From a virus (taxonomy: Duplodnaviria; Caudoviricetes), in the IMG/VR virus record IMGVR_UViG_3300005764_000016, positions 4,393 through 68,392 of that record: DNA of 64,000 nucleotides; one strand, written 5' to 3'. Made by a program: the position numbers and the translations under genes. Shown here piece by piece: positions 1 to 8,391 of this stretch. The stretch's first letter is position 1. Each line of letters opens with the position of its first letter. The notes below the pieces were generated by a model. The model was not told the DNA's origin. It saw only the letters and a list, made by a program, of their open reading frames with translations, and did not search any database.

Positions 1-236
1 GGCTCGGGCGGCACGGGGTTGATGTTCGTGTCGGGCCGCACCCAGGCCCACAGATCGACGTCGTTGTCGACCAGCCACCAGGCCCCGGGCAGGGGCAGGC
101 CGGGCGTCTGCAGGACGTTGGCCGGGCCGTCGGCGGCGTCGCTCCAGACGCGGAACTTGATCCAGTAGGAGCGGTGCCCCTCGCTGTCGCGCGAGCCGCG
201 CCAGGTTCGCTGTCCGGGTCTGAGAGCGCACACCAT
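1..236 (-). CDS. Tail/baseplate protein downstream of tape measure (partial, runs off window)
   Basis: ATG at 236, open to the window edge (MVCALRPGQRTWRGSRDSEGHRSYWIKFRV...); directly after the tape measure gene. Confidence 0.55.
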   Translation of the reverse strand, partial: MVCALRPGQRTWRGSRDSEGHRSYWIKFRVWSDAADGPANVLQTPGLPLPGAWWLVDNDVDLWAWVRPDTNINPVPPE

Positions 237-242
237 GGTCGT

Positions 243-1976
243 TTACCCGATTTCGGCCGGAGCGAAGCCGCCGCCTCCCTGGTCCATGTTGCGCAGGTGG
301 TCGCGCATTTCCTTCTGAACGGCCAGCTGCTCTCCGGCGATGGCGTGTTCCCCTGGGGCGCCGCCCGCCATGAGTGCGGCAAAAGAGGCGACCCGCGCCA
401 TGGCCTCGACCGAGTGAAAGGCAACGGCGTCGAATTTCAGATCGGCCTTGACGTGGATCGGCGCTGCTGCCGTCTGCCGCTTGCGCTCCGCGTCCAGGGC
501 TTTGTCGGCAGCCTTGGCCACGAGCGCGTCGCGCTTCTTCTCCAGGTCCTTGAGCTTATTTTCCAGTGCATCGAGCTGCTCGTTCTGGCGCCGGAAGGCG
601 TCGGCCTGCGCCTTCTGGCGGTCGGCCTCGATCTCGTCGTGGTGGCGGGCGCGATCCTTGTCCGCCTCGGCCAGGCGTTCGGCCGCCGCGCCCAGGTCTC
701 TCTCGAACTGTTCGGCGCTGCCGCCGAAGGCCCGACGCACGCCGGCCCAGGCCAGCTGGGCGACGGAAATGGACTTCTGCAGCCCGAACACGAACTCCGT
801 CCACAGCCTTTGCAGGAAAGCGACCACGTCGGCCCAAATCACCTTCAGGCCAGTGGTGAAGTCGATCCAGAATTTCTGTATCTCCTTGGTGGCCTTGTGA
901 AACGTGAGTTGAATCTGCGTCCAGGCGATGTCGAAGGCGAGCTGCATGTCGCCGGCCTTCATGGCGTCGCCGATGCCCTTGATGCCCTTCTGGGCATCGG
1001 TCTTGAGCTCGTCCCACTTGGTGCCGAGCCACTCCAGCGCCTTGCCGCCGGCACCGCTGAAATAGAGCACCGCTCCCGTGGCCGCAGCCACGCCGCCCAC
1101 GAGCAGGCCGCCGGGGGAAAGCAACATACCAAAGAGCGAACCGAGCGGCGCCAGCACGACCTTCAAGACGGACCAAGCCGGGCCCAGGGCCAGCAAGCCC
1201 GCGCCGACGGCGGCGATGGCCACGACCGTGCGCTTGGCCTCGGGCGAGGCAGTTTTCAACCACTGGACGAACAGCTCGAAGCCCTTGATGACCGGCTTTA
1301 AGCCCTCGGCCACGACGGCACCCAGGTCGGCCTTGAGCGATTTCCAGGCGGTAGAGAGGTGGTGGAGCTGACCCTCCAAGGACTTGGACTTTTCTTCGGC
1401 CATGATCGAGCCCTGGGCGATCAGCTCCTGGAACTTGGCCTGAAACTCCTCGGGAGTCTTGGCCTCCCTTAATTGAGGTGCCATGTGACGCGACATGCGC
1501 ATGGCCAGCTGCACGTTGCCCTTTTCCAGTGCTTGCGTGACGCGCAGGGCGGCCTCGGCACCGGCACCCGTGGCCTCGCCGAACTTGATGGCGTCCTCGG
1601 TCGCCTGCTGGGCCCGCTCGCCGTACAGGCCGTAGGTGCCGGCGGTGGCCAGGAGCTGCTTCACGTCGCCGGCCGACGCCATGGTGTGGTGGGCGATCGC
1701 CGCCGAGAACTTGTTGTAATCCTCGGTCAAGGCCTGCACGTTCTGGCCGCTCGTCTGCAGGACGGCGTTCAAGCGAATCATGCCCTGTTCCCGGCCGGAA
1801 AACGCCTCGACCGCCGAGTGCAGGAACTTCTCGATGCCAATGGCCTCCAGGGCGCGCGTCACTTTCTCGACGAAGCGGCTGGTTGCTTCCTGGGCGCGCT
1901 CGAGCATGGAGATGTATTCGGCGCCGTCGCCGGTCAAGCGCACGACCATGCTCTCGAGCTCGGTTTCAGCCGGCAC
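243..1976 (-). CDS. Tail tape measure protein
   Basis: 577 aa, Ala-rich and helical, N-terminus ELESMVVRLTGD; follows tail tube and chaperone genes. Confidence 0.85.
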   Translation of the reverse strand: MPAETELESMVVRLTGDGAEYISMLERAQEATSRFVEKVTRALEAIGIEKFLHSAVEAFSGREQGMIRLNAVLQTSGQNVQALTEDYNKFSAAIAHHTMASAGDVKQLLATAGTYGLYGERAQQATEDAIKFGEATGAGAEAALRVTQALEKGNVQLAMRMSRHMAPQLREAKTPEEFQAKFQELIAQGSIMAEEKSKSLEGQLHHLSTAWKSLKADLGAVVAEGLKPVIKGFELFVQWLKTASPEAKRTVVAIAAVGAGLLALGPAWSVLKVVLAPLGSLFGMLLSPGGLLVGGVAAATGAVLYFSGAGGKALEWLGTKWDELKTDAQKGIKGIGDAMKAGDMQLAFDIAWTQIQLTFHKATKEIQKFWIDFTTGLKVIWADVVAFLQRLWTEFVFGLQKSISVAQLAWAGVRRAFGGSAEQFERDLGAAAERLAEADKDRARHHDEIEADRQKAQADAFRRQNEQLDALENKLKDLEKKRDALVAKAADKALDAERKRQTAAAPIHVKADLKFDAVAFHSVEAMARVASFAALMAGGAPGEHAIAGEQLAVQKEMRDHLRNMDQGGGGFAPAEIG

Positions 1977-2316
1977 TTAAATTTCCGGGTTGGGGTGCGT
2001 TGGAGCCAGGCGGCACGTAGCCGACCTGGGCGAACTTCGCCGCCTTGATGCGCTCGACCTCTGCGCTGCTGGTCTGGTCGGGCCCGACTTTCTTGGCAAA
2101 GCGCATTTTGAAGCGCTCCACGCGACCGCTGCTCGACCACATGGCCGCCAGCTGCATGAGATACCATTCGGTCTTGGTAGGCTCCTCCCACTGCAGGTCT
2201 AGCCAAGCGACGTGGGCGCGGAAGACGTGGTGGGGCATGGCCATGACGGCGGACAGGGGCAAGCCAAACTCGCGCGCCACTAGGAGGTGATCCCAGAGGC
2301 GGCGGGCAAGTTTTTT
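1966..2316 (-). CDS. Tail assembly chaperone GT extension (-1 frame)
   Basis: -1 frame KKLARRLWDHLLVAREFGLPLSAVMAMPHHVFRAHVAW...; entered at slippery A AAA AAC; ends at the tape measure start. Confidence 0.8.
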   Translation of the reverse strand, partial: KKLARRLWDHLLVAREFGLPLSAVMAMPHHVFRAHVAWLDLQWEEPTKTEWYLMQLAAMWSSSGRVERFKMRFAKKVGPDQTSSAEVERIKAAKFAQVGYVPPGSNAPQPGNLSAG

Positions 2317-2690
2317 GCCTCGTCCTCGGCTTTGGGGCTCTCGCCCTGGAGCTCGTCGAGCTTCTGGTACAGGACGCGCACGATGCGCCTGGGCCAGGAT
2401 CGTACCGTCGCCAGGGGCGTCGGCGGATTGGCAACGCGGCCGTCCTTCCACTCCAGCTTCGTGCCCTTGTAGATACAGGCGGCCACGAGCACCGATTCCG
2501 AGTCAGCGACGCCGCCAATCTCGATGACCTGGCCGTCGCGCGAGGCCCTGGCCCCGCTGCTGATGGCGTTTCTGTACTTCCTGGCGGCGTCCTCGGTGGG
2601 CTCGACCAGCACGTAGTCCTCGCCGCCGATCTTGGCGTGGAACTCTCTGAGGGCCACGTCGTCGAAAATCAGCTCGCCGTTGTCGCTCAT
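2280..2690 (-). CDS. Tail assembly chaperone G
   Basis: 136 aa between tail tube and tape measure, with a slippery heptamer near its 3' end. Confidence 0.8.
   Translation of the reverse strand: MSDNGELIFDDVALREFHAKIGGEDYVLVEPTEDAARKYRNAISSGARASRDGQVIEIGGVADSESVLVAACIYKGTKLEWKDGRVANPPTPLATVRSWPRRIVRVLYQKLDELQGESPKAEDEAKNLPAASGITS
2310..2316 (-). other. Programmed -1 frameshift site A AAA AAC
   Basis: Minus strand GAG GCA AAA AAC TTG; XXXYYYZ heptamer in the correct phase. Confidence 0.8.
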
Positions 2691-2705
2691 CGCTGTCCTC
2701 GGTCT

Positions 2706-3182
2706 TTAGGTTCCGGGCGCCGGCACGTAGTTCGGCCCGGCCTCCACGAAGTTGACCGGGTCCCAGTTGGTGGCCACTATCGTGCCCGTGGCCTTGGGCA
2801 TTTCGCCTTCCTTGAAGTCGGGGTTCTCGAACTTCTGCAGGTAGCCCCAGACGGCGAGCTGGCTGTGGTCGGGGAACGTGAACGTGATCGACTGCTCCAG
2901 GTTGATCTCCTGCTGCAGGCCCGTCCAGCAATCGGGGTCGAAGGCGAAAGTCGCCCCGCCGTCGGCGATCGTCTTCAGCTTCCGCGCCGCGAACGTGCGG
3001 TAGGTGATGTTGTGCATCGTCGTGGTGTCGATCTTGTCGCCGCCGTCCCAGCCCACCGGCTTGACCGTCTCCTCCCAGATTTGGATGGCGGGATTGTTGG
3101 CGAACGTAATCAGCGTCTTGAACCCGTCGGGCATCTTGAAGCCCGAGGGGATGACGCGGGCACTAACCGGAGGAGCGGCCAT
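2706..3182 (-). CDS. Major tail tube protein
   Basis: 158 aa, IDTTTMHN-type motif, position upstream of the chaperone. Confidence 0.75.
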   Translation of the reverse strand: MAAPPVSARVIPSGFKMPDGFKTLITFANNPAIQIWEETVKPVGWDGGDKIDTTTMHNITYRTFAARKLKTIADGGATFAFDPDCWTGLQQEINLEQSITFTFPDHSQLAVWGYLQKFENPDFKEGEMPKATGTIVATNWDPVNFVEAGPNYVPAPGT

Positions 3183-3209
3183 TGTGGGAAACCTCGCGGG
3201 CGATCGAAC

Positions 3210-3686
3210 TCAGGAAAGCTGGGTGATGGCGATAACCGGGTTCAGGGTGAACACGTGCCTCTTCGTCGTGGCGACGGCCTGGCCCACGACCAGGATGCCC
3301 GTCTTGGAGATCGAGTGCACGACGTAGGTGGCGGCCGTGCCGGTGACCGCAGCGGCGATCGGCACCAGGTTCTGCGCCACCTGCTGGTCGAGCGTCGCTT
3401 GCACCTGGCGGGCCTTGGCCCAGCCGTCGGGATGCCCCGAGGCGCGGACCTTGACCTGCACGCCGTAGTGCCAGAGCGTCTCGCCGTCGGGTTGGGTGCG
3501 GCCGTCGCCCTGCCAGGTCGTGTCGCTCACCACCAGCACGTTGTCGGGGCTGTCGGGCTCCACGTCCACGAAGATCGGCCAGTCCACGGTGCCGGCCACG
3601 TCGGTGTCGGGATCGACGCCCAGGCCCAAGAGGATCATGGCCCAGCGAAGTACGTCCGCCGGCGAGTGCGCGAAGACGTTGAGCAC
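3210..3686 (-). CDS. Tail terminator/completion protein
   Basis: 158 aa, GVQVKVRA motif, position before tail tube. Confidence 0.65.
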   Translation of the reverse strand: MLNVFAHSPADVLRWAMILLGLGVDPDTDVAGTVDWPIFVDVEPDSPDNVLVVSDTTWQGDGRTQPDGETLWHYGVQVKVRASGHPDGWAKARQVQATLDQQVAQNLVPIAAAVTGTAATYVVHSISKTGILVVGQAVATTKRHVFTLNPVIAITQLS

Positions 3687-3699
3687 GCATTACACCACT

Positions 3700-3870
3700 T
3701 CACTTCAAGACGCCGGTGCCGACCAGGAAAACGACCGTGCCCAGGACCAGGCACGCGAACCAGGGCAGCCAGGGCGAGTAGCTCGTGGGCACCGTTCCGA
3801 GCAACGTCAACAGCCACACGAACATCGTAACCGTGAACAGGACCAGCAGCACGATAAACAGCGGGCTCAT
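3700..3870 (-). CDS. Small two-TM membrane protein (56 aa), holin-like candidate
   Basis: Not in the ORF track; MSPLFIVLLVLFTVTMFVWLLTLLGTVPTSYSPWLPWFACLVLGTVVFLVGTGVLK fills the gap between two structural genes. Confidence 0.6.
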   Translation of the reverse strand: MSPLFIVLLVLFTVTMFVWLLTLLGTVPTSYSPWLPWFACLVLGTVVFLVGTGVLK

Positions 3871-3873
3871 GGC

Positions 3874-4224
3874 TCACTCCACCAGTCGCGTAAAGGCCGA
3901 GGCCTTGAGGGCTCCGGTGTCCACGGGCACCAGCTGCTGGCTCTCGCGCTGCAGGCGGAGGCCCGCCAGCAGCAGTGCCTGTCCCAAGCTCGCGCCCTTG
4001 GCCACGGCCTCCTTAATCATCCGGCCCAGCTCGTTGGCTCCCTGGCGGAAGGGCTGCTCCAGGTACTTCGCCTGGCCCACTTCGTGATGAGCCTGCAGGT
4101 TCTCGTGCACGTACAGGGCGTAGTTCTGCGTGTAGCCCACGATGCACGAGATTCGCTTGGGGTGCACCAGGCCCTTTTGCTTCAGGGCGTCGATGACCGC
4201 CTGCACGCGCTCGACCTGGGCCAT
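3874..4224 (-). CDS. HK97 gp10-like neck/tail completion protein
   Basis: VGY..YALYVHE, GQAKYLEQP and VPVDTGALKAS motifs. Confidence 0.75.
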   Translation of the reverse strand: MAQVERVQAVIDALKQKGLVHPKRISCIVGYTQNYALYVHENLQAHHEVGQAKYLEQPFRQGANELGRMIKEAVAKGASLGQALLLAGLRLQRESQQLVPVDTGALKASAFTRLVE

Positions 4225-4227
4225 GGC

Positions 4228-4614
4228 TCAGCCCTCGGGCACGATGGTGGGAAGAGTATCTTTCCACCGCATCAAGAAGACCATTCTAAAAACGGCCCGG
4301 GCTTTGAGATCACCCGTCTTGTCGAACTTCACCACCTGCATGATGCCGACCTTGGGGATTAAGTGGATGTCGGGGAGGTCCACCAGGGCCCCGCGCCACA
4401 TGATGCTTCTTACGGGGACGTCCTGGTCCACCACGACCTCGGCGTCGATCTTGCGCACGGCGCCGTGGGGATCGGTGACCTCCGTGGTGGTGTCGTCCCA
4501 GCGCACGTCCACCTCGACGGGGGGCAGCACCTTAGGCTGTCCGTAGCGGTCGGTGCCGACCCAGGCCCACATCACGGCCTTTTGGTCGAGGAAGGCAACT
4601 TCTTGGTCCGGCAT
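4228..4614 (-). CDS. Head closure protein
   Basis: MPDQEVAFLDQKAVMW..DRYGQP..PVEVDVRWDD; start chosen at internal ATG 4614. Confidence 0.65.
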   Translation of the reverse strand: MPDQEVAFLDQKAVMWAWVGTDRYGQPKVLPPVEVDVRWDDTTTEVTDPHGAVRKIDAEVVVDQDVPVRSIMWRGALVDLPDIHLIPKVGIMQVVKFDKTGDLKARAVFRMVFLMRWKDTLPTIVPEG

Positions 4615-4811
4615 TTCGCCTCGTACTTCGCGGCCAGCGTCCTGAAGGAGTAGCCACAGTGCGGACAGGACAGCTCTTGAGCGATGGCGTCCTCGACCTG
4701 CTGCGCCGAGTCGAAGCAGCCCAGGCAGCCCGGACACGACAGCTCCGAGAGCAGCGCCCCGTGCAGCCGGAGCAGGTTCACGTTGCGGGGCACCGCGCAC
4801 GTCGCCCGCAT
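4572..4811 (-). CDS. Small double-CxxC Zn-binding protein
   Basis: CPGC and CPHC motifs, 79 aa. Confidence 0.5.
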   Translation of the reverse strand: MRATCAVPRNVNLLRLHGALLSELSCPGCLGCFDSAQQVEDAIAQELSCPHCGYSFRTLAAKYEAKCRTKKLPSSTKRP

Positions 4812-4815
4812 GGCT

Positions 4816-5232
4816 CTAGTCCCTCTGCGTGACCGGAACCTGCTGGCTGGGCGGCTTGCCCAGCCAGGCCAGCGACGCGAACTGCCGCTTGCCGATGGCC
4901 GACAGGCAGCCCGAGAAATCCAGGTTCATCGCCGTCTGGCCGTAGCGCGTCGAGTCCAGGGACAGACCCGTCTGCCCCTGGAACGTGGCCGAGGCCCGGT
5001 TGGTGTTCTTGCTCTGGTAGAGCAGGTCCATCTGGCAGTACAGGTGTGCCGCCAGCCAGGTCTCGATCTGATCCAGCTCGACGGCCGACAGCGGGTAGCC
5101 CTTCTTGACCGCGCAGTCGGCGACGCGATCGACCAGGGCCGAGGCGCTGGCCACGAACGGCGTCAGCGAGCTGGTGCCGTTCCAGTTGCTGCCCAGGATG
5201 CCCTTCACGGCCTCGTTGGTGGTGCGCGGCAC
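4816..5232 (-). CDS. Head-tail connector/adaptor
   Basis: 138 aa, IETWLAAH and STRYGQ motifs typical of adaptors. Confidence 0.7.
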   Translation of the reverse strand: MPRTTNEAVKGILGSNWNGTSSLTPFVASASALVDRVADCAVKKGYPLSAVELDQIETWLAAHLYCQMDLLYQSKNTNRASATFQGQTGLSLDSTRYGQTAMNLDFSGCLSAIGKRQFASLAWLGKPPSQQVPVTQRD

Positions 5233-5235
5233 GGT

Positions 5236-5625
5236 TTACTTCCTCGTCGCGGCCCGCCGCCTAAGCGCGGCGACGATCTGCTCGCGGTTGGCGTTGTCGG
5301 CCACCTCGACTTCCTGCTCGGCAGCCAGGGCGCGCAGCTCCTTGACGCTCAGCCCGTCCAGCGGGCGATCGGTCTCGGTGGGCGTGGCGCCCTGCCGGGC
5401 GGCCAGGCTCACCGGATCGACGGGCGTGCCGTGCGTGATCTCCACGTCGTGCACGCGGCGGAATTTCTCCGGCCAGCGCTCGGCCAGGTCCTGGTCGGTC
5501 TCGAACACGTCGGGCGCGCGAAACTCGATCAAGAGCTGCTGGCCGTCGTCTCCCAACACGGGCCGGCCGTCGGGATGAATCCGGCCTTCGTAGTGAACGC
5601 CGGCTAGAACTTGCACGCGGTGCAT
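5236..5625 (-). CDS. Protein with C-terminal Rho-N/HeH-like helical motif
   Basis: LDGLSVKELRALAAEQEVEVADNANREQIVAAL. Confidence 0.6.
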   Translation of the reverse strand: MHRVQVLAGVHYEGRIHPDGRPVLGDDGQQLLIEFRAPDVFETDQDLAERWPEKFRRVHDVEITHGTPVDPVSLAARQGATPTETDRPLDGLSVKELRALAAEQEVEVADNANREQIVAALRRRAATRK

Positions 5626-5745
5626 GGCATACTTTCTCCCGAGGTCTACCCGAGGGGTGGGAGACAGGGAACGTCAGCACCCTGCTCCCGGCGGGGGCAC
5701 GGTTACTCACCTGGGCCGCCGCATCCCCTCGCGTAGGCCGCCCAG

Positions 5746-6276
5746 TCAATAACCGCGCCGGCCACCGAAGCCGCCGCGCCCACCCAAGCCACCGAAGAAG
5801 CCGCCCCGGCCGCCGAAACGGCTGCTCTCGCGGAAGGACGAGCTCTCGCGGAACTCGAACCGCTCCCGGAACTCGAACCGCTCCCGGCGCTCGCGCTCGC
5901 GGAAGGACCGCTCGCGGAAGTCGAAGCTGCGCGCCGAGAAGAACGACGGCACGGCGAAGTCGTGGAAGCAGAACGTCGGAACTTCAAGCACCACCGGCGC
6001 CACGCGGACCACGGGCACCTCGACCAGCTCCTCGACCACCCGCTCTTGCCGGATCACCCGGTCGGGCGTGCGCACGACGATCTCCTTGCCGGGGATCACC
6101 ACGTCCTCGGCGATCACGCGCTGGCGGCGCTGCAGCTCGAAGTCCACGACTTCGCGGGAACGGCCGTTAAACACCCGGCCGAAGTCGGGCGGAATGGCGA
6201 TGCGCTCGGGCGGGTGCCCGCTGCCGGCCGGTCCCACGACCAGGGCCGCCAGGGCGATGGCAATGGCGTATCTCAT
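5746..6276 (-). CDS. Secreted low-complexity protein (RE/FRE and GGR tracts)
   Basis: Signal-like N-terminus MRYAIAIALAALVVG; FRERFEFRE repeats; GGRGGF tail. Confidence 0.55.
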   Translation of the reverse strand: MRYAIAIALAALVVGPAGSGHPPERIAIPPDFGRVFNGRSREVVDFELQRRQRVIAEDVVIPGKEIVVRTPDRVIRQERVVEELVEVPVVRVAPVVLEVPTFCFHDFAVPSFFSARSFDFRERSFRERERRERFEFRERFEFRESSSFRESSRFGGRGGFFGGLGGRGGFGGRRGY

Positions 6277-6281
6277 GGCAC

Positions 6282-6722
6282 TTACCTCCTTCTGAAGACT
6301 GCGAACGCGCCTCTGCGTCCGTCCCCGTAATGATAGCCGCCGCCGCCGCTGCAGCTGCGCCCGCTTTGGCTCGGGATGCGGACGGTGCTGGAGGCCAGGG
6401 GAGCCGCCAGCGGGAAGCCGGCCGTGTCCAGGGCCTCGGTGGCGCGGAAGGTCTCGGCGTCGGCCACGCGCGGCTGCCGGTCCGAGGGCGCGGCCGGCTC
6501 GGGCGCCTTGGTCCGGGCGGGAGCGACCGCCGGCTCGGGCGCCGCCGCCACGGCTGCCGGGACTGCAGCCAGGGCGCTAGTCCGGCTGCAATGCAGGCCG
6601 GCCGTGACCGGCCGCGACTGCACGCCGGCACGGAGCGACGAGCCGGCGGGTACGGTGCGTGCCTGCTGCGCGGGCACCACGACGAGCGGTAAGGCGAGCA
6701 CGAGCCACGGCCAGCGTCTCAT
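6282..6722 (-). CDS. Secreted Ala/Pro-rich protein
   Basis: MRRWPWLVLALPLVVVPA signal-like start at ATG 6722. Confidence 0.5.
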   Translation of the reverse strand: MRRWPWLVLALPLVVVPAQQARTVPAGSSLRAGVQSRPVTAGLHCSRTSALAAVPAAVAAAPEPAVAPARTKAPEPAAPSDRQPRVADAETFRATEALDTAGFPLAAPLASSTVRIPSQSGRSCSGGGGYHYGDGRRGAFAVFRRR

Positions 6723-7264
6723 GGTTTGTCTCTCTTGGCGGTCGCTTCCTTGACCTTGACCACGGTTACCTGGTAGGGCGTCGGCCGGTTGCGCAGGGCG
6801 GTGTAGCCCAAGAGGCGAAAGCTGCCCGTCTGCGTCGGGATCAACAGCCACGACTTGGGGCCGGTGCGCACGGCTTCGAGGCCCTCTTCCAAGGGCACGA
6901 GCTCGCCGTACTCGCCGGCCGTCTCCATCGAGAACGTCTTGCGCTCCTTGAGGCTCATGTCGATCTCGACCGGCATCGACAGGGCGTTTTCCACGGGCCC
7001 CAGCGATACCGCCTGGGTGGCCTTGTAGTCCTCCCACTTGGCATAGAGATAGGCCACGCCCGCCGAGACCACGGCCAGGAGCACGGTCACCAGGGCCAAG
7101 AGCATGGTGTGGCCGCCGTTGGGCCGCGCGGGCGGATAGACCGGGCCGGACAACAGGCTGGTGTCGGGGGGCGCTGCGCGGGTCGCTTCGGCTTCGTCGG
7201 CCATGGGAACCAACCTCATCGAGCCGTCGTCGCTGCGGAGGACGATCGCGGGGATGCGGTTCAC
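6719..7264 (-). CDS. Single-TM membrane protein
   Basis: GTG 7264 overlaps the previous stop; TM segment MLLALVTVLLAVVSAGVAYLY. Confidence 0.55.
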   Translation of the reverse strand: MNRIPAIVLRSDDGSMRLVPMADEAEATRAAPPDTSLLSGPVYPPARPNGGHTMLLALVTVLLAVVSAGVAYLYAKWEDYKATQAVSLGPVENALSMPVEIDMSLKERKTFSMETAGEYGELVPLEEGLEAVRTGPKSWLLIPTQTGSFRLLGYTALRNRPTPYQVTVVKVKEATAKRDKP

Positions 7265-8379
7265 GGCCGGCCCTCCGCGTGCGCCAGGAGCCCGGCCGCG
7301 GCCAGGCGCGGGTTGAGCCGCAGCCGGTCGCCGTCGAAGATCGGGAAACTGAAGATGCCGTCGTCGCCGCGCAGCCGCCAGCGCCGCTCGCCGGTGCGGT
7401 TGACGACCCGGCCGGCGTCCTGGTGGCAGCGGGCGCACTGGCGGTTGTCCACCGGCACGTGCGAGGCGAAGTAGCCCACGGGCACGATGGAAAACTGGTC
7501 GGCGGTCGGTGCCTCGACGCCGGGCAGCCATTGCTGGCCCTTGACCGGGACGAACTCGGCCCCGTCCAGCCGGGCCAGCACCTGGTCCTCGTCGAGCCGG
7601 GGCAAGAGCGCGCCGCTGGCCGCCACGGAAAAGGCGTTGCGGTCGTGGCCCGAGTCGATCAGGCGGCGCGGCAAGAGCTGCGAGCGTCGGCCGAAGGCCT
7701 CCGCGAAGTCGTCCTCGGTGGGGAAAGGCCGGTAGACCTGGACGCCCCAGCCCTTGCCGGCCGGCCGCTTGACGCGCGTGCGCAACTCGAAGGCGTGGTC
7801 GTAGCCCCGGCTGTCGGTGACCAGGAGCAGCTCGCCGAAGCGCGTGCCCTCGGGAAACTCCCAGCGGAACCTGGCGAAGGAGCCGTCACTTCTGATAGAT
7901 CGCCACCACTGCACGGGCTCGTCCAGTTGCACGAACTTCACCGTCTTGACGTTCGATCCCCTAGGGACTCCGGCCGGCTCTTGCCAGGGGAACTCGTTGT
8001 TCGCCGACGTGTTCGTGTCGGCCCGGGCCAGGATCGCTCGCCCCTCGTCCATGACCTGGTAGACCCTGGGGGCCTCGGCCTCGGTGTAGAAGATCAGGCC
8101 GCGGTCGCGGATGCGCTCGACCTCGCGGCCGGCGGGCCACAGCCGCAGGAACTGGGCGTGGCGGCCCGGCCCGCACAGGAGCCCGTCGGGCTTGGGCCGC
8201 CGGGGCTCCGCTCGGGCGGGTTCTGCGGCCGGCCCCGGAGCTTCGCCGCCGGACGCGGCGATCACCCCCTGCGCTCCCCTGGCGACTCGCCGCACGGGAA
8301 GCTCCGGGCCGGGCGCGGACGCGGCCGGCGGCAGGCAGCCGGGCAGGAACAGGAGCCAGGCTAGACGCGCGCACCGCAT
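7261..8379 (-). CDS. Putative c-type cytochrome lipoprotein
   Basis: Lipobox-like LFLPGC, single CARCH heme-binding motif, WEFPEGT motif. Confidence 0.6.
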   Translation of the reverse strand: MRCARLAWLLFLPGCLPPAASAPGPELPVRRVARGAQGVIAASGGEAPGPAAEPARAEPRRPKPDGLLCGPGRHAQFLRLWPAGREVERIRDRGLIFYTEAEAPRVYQVMDEGRAILARADTNTSANNEFPWQEPAGVPRGSNVKTVKFVQLDEPVQWWRSIRSDGSFARFRWEFPEGTRFGELLLVTDSRGYDHAFELRTRVKRPAGKGWGVQVYRPFPTEDDFAEAFGRRSQLLPRRLIDSGHDRNAFSVAASGALLPRLDEDQVLARLDGAEFVPVKGQQWLPGVEAPTADQFSIVPVGYFASHVPVDNRQCARCHQDAGRVVNRTGERRWRLRGDDGIFSFPIFDGDRLRLNPRLAAAGLLAHAEGRP

Positions 8380-8391
8380 CGAAACTCCGCT

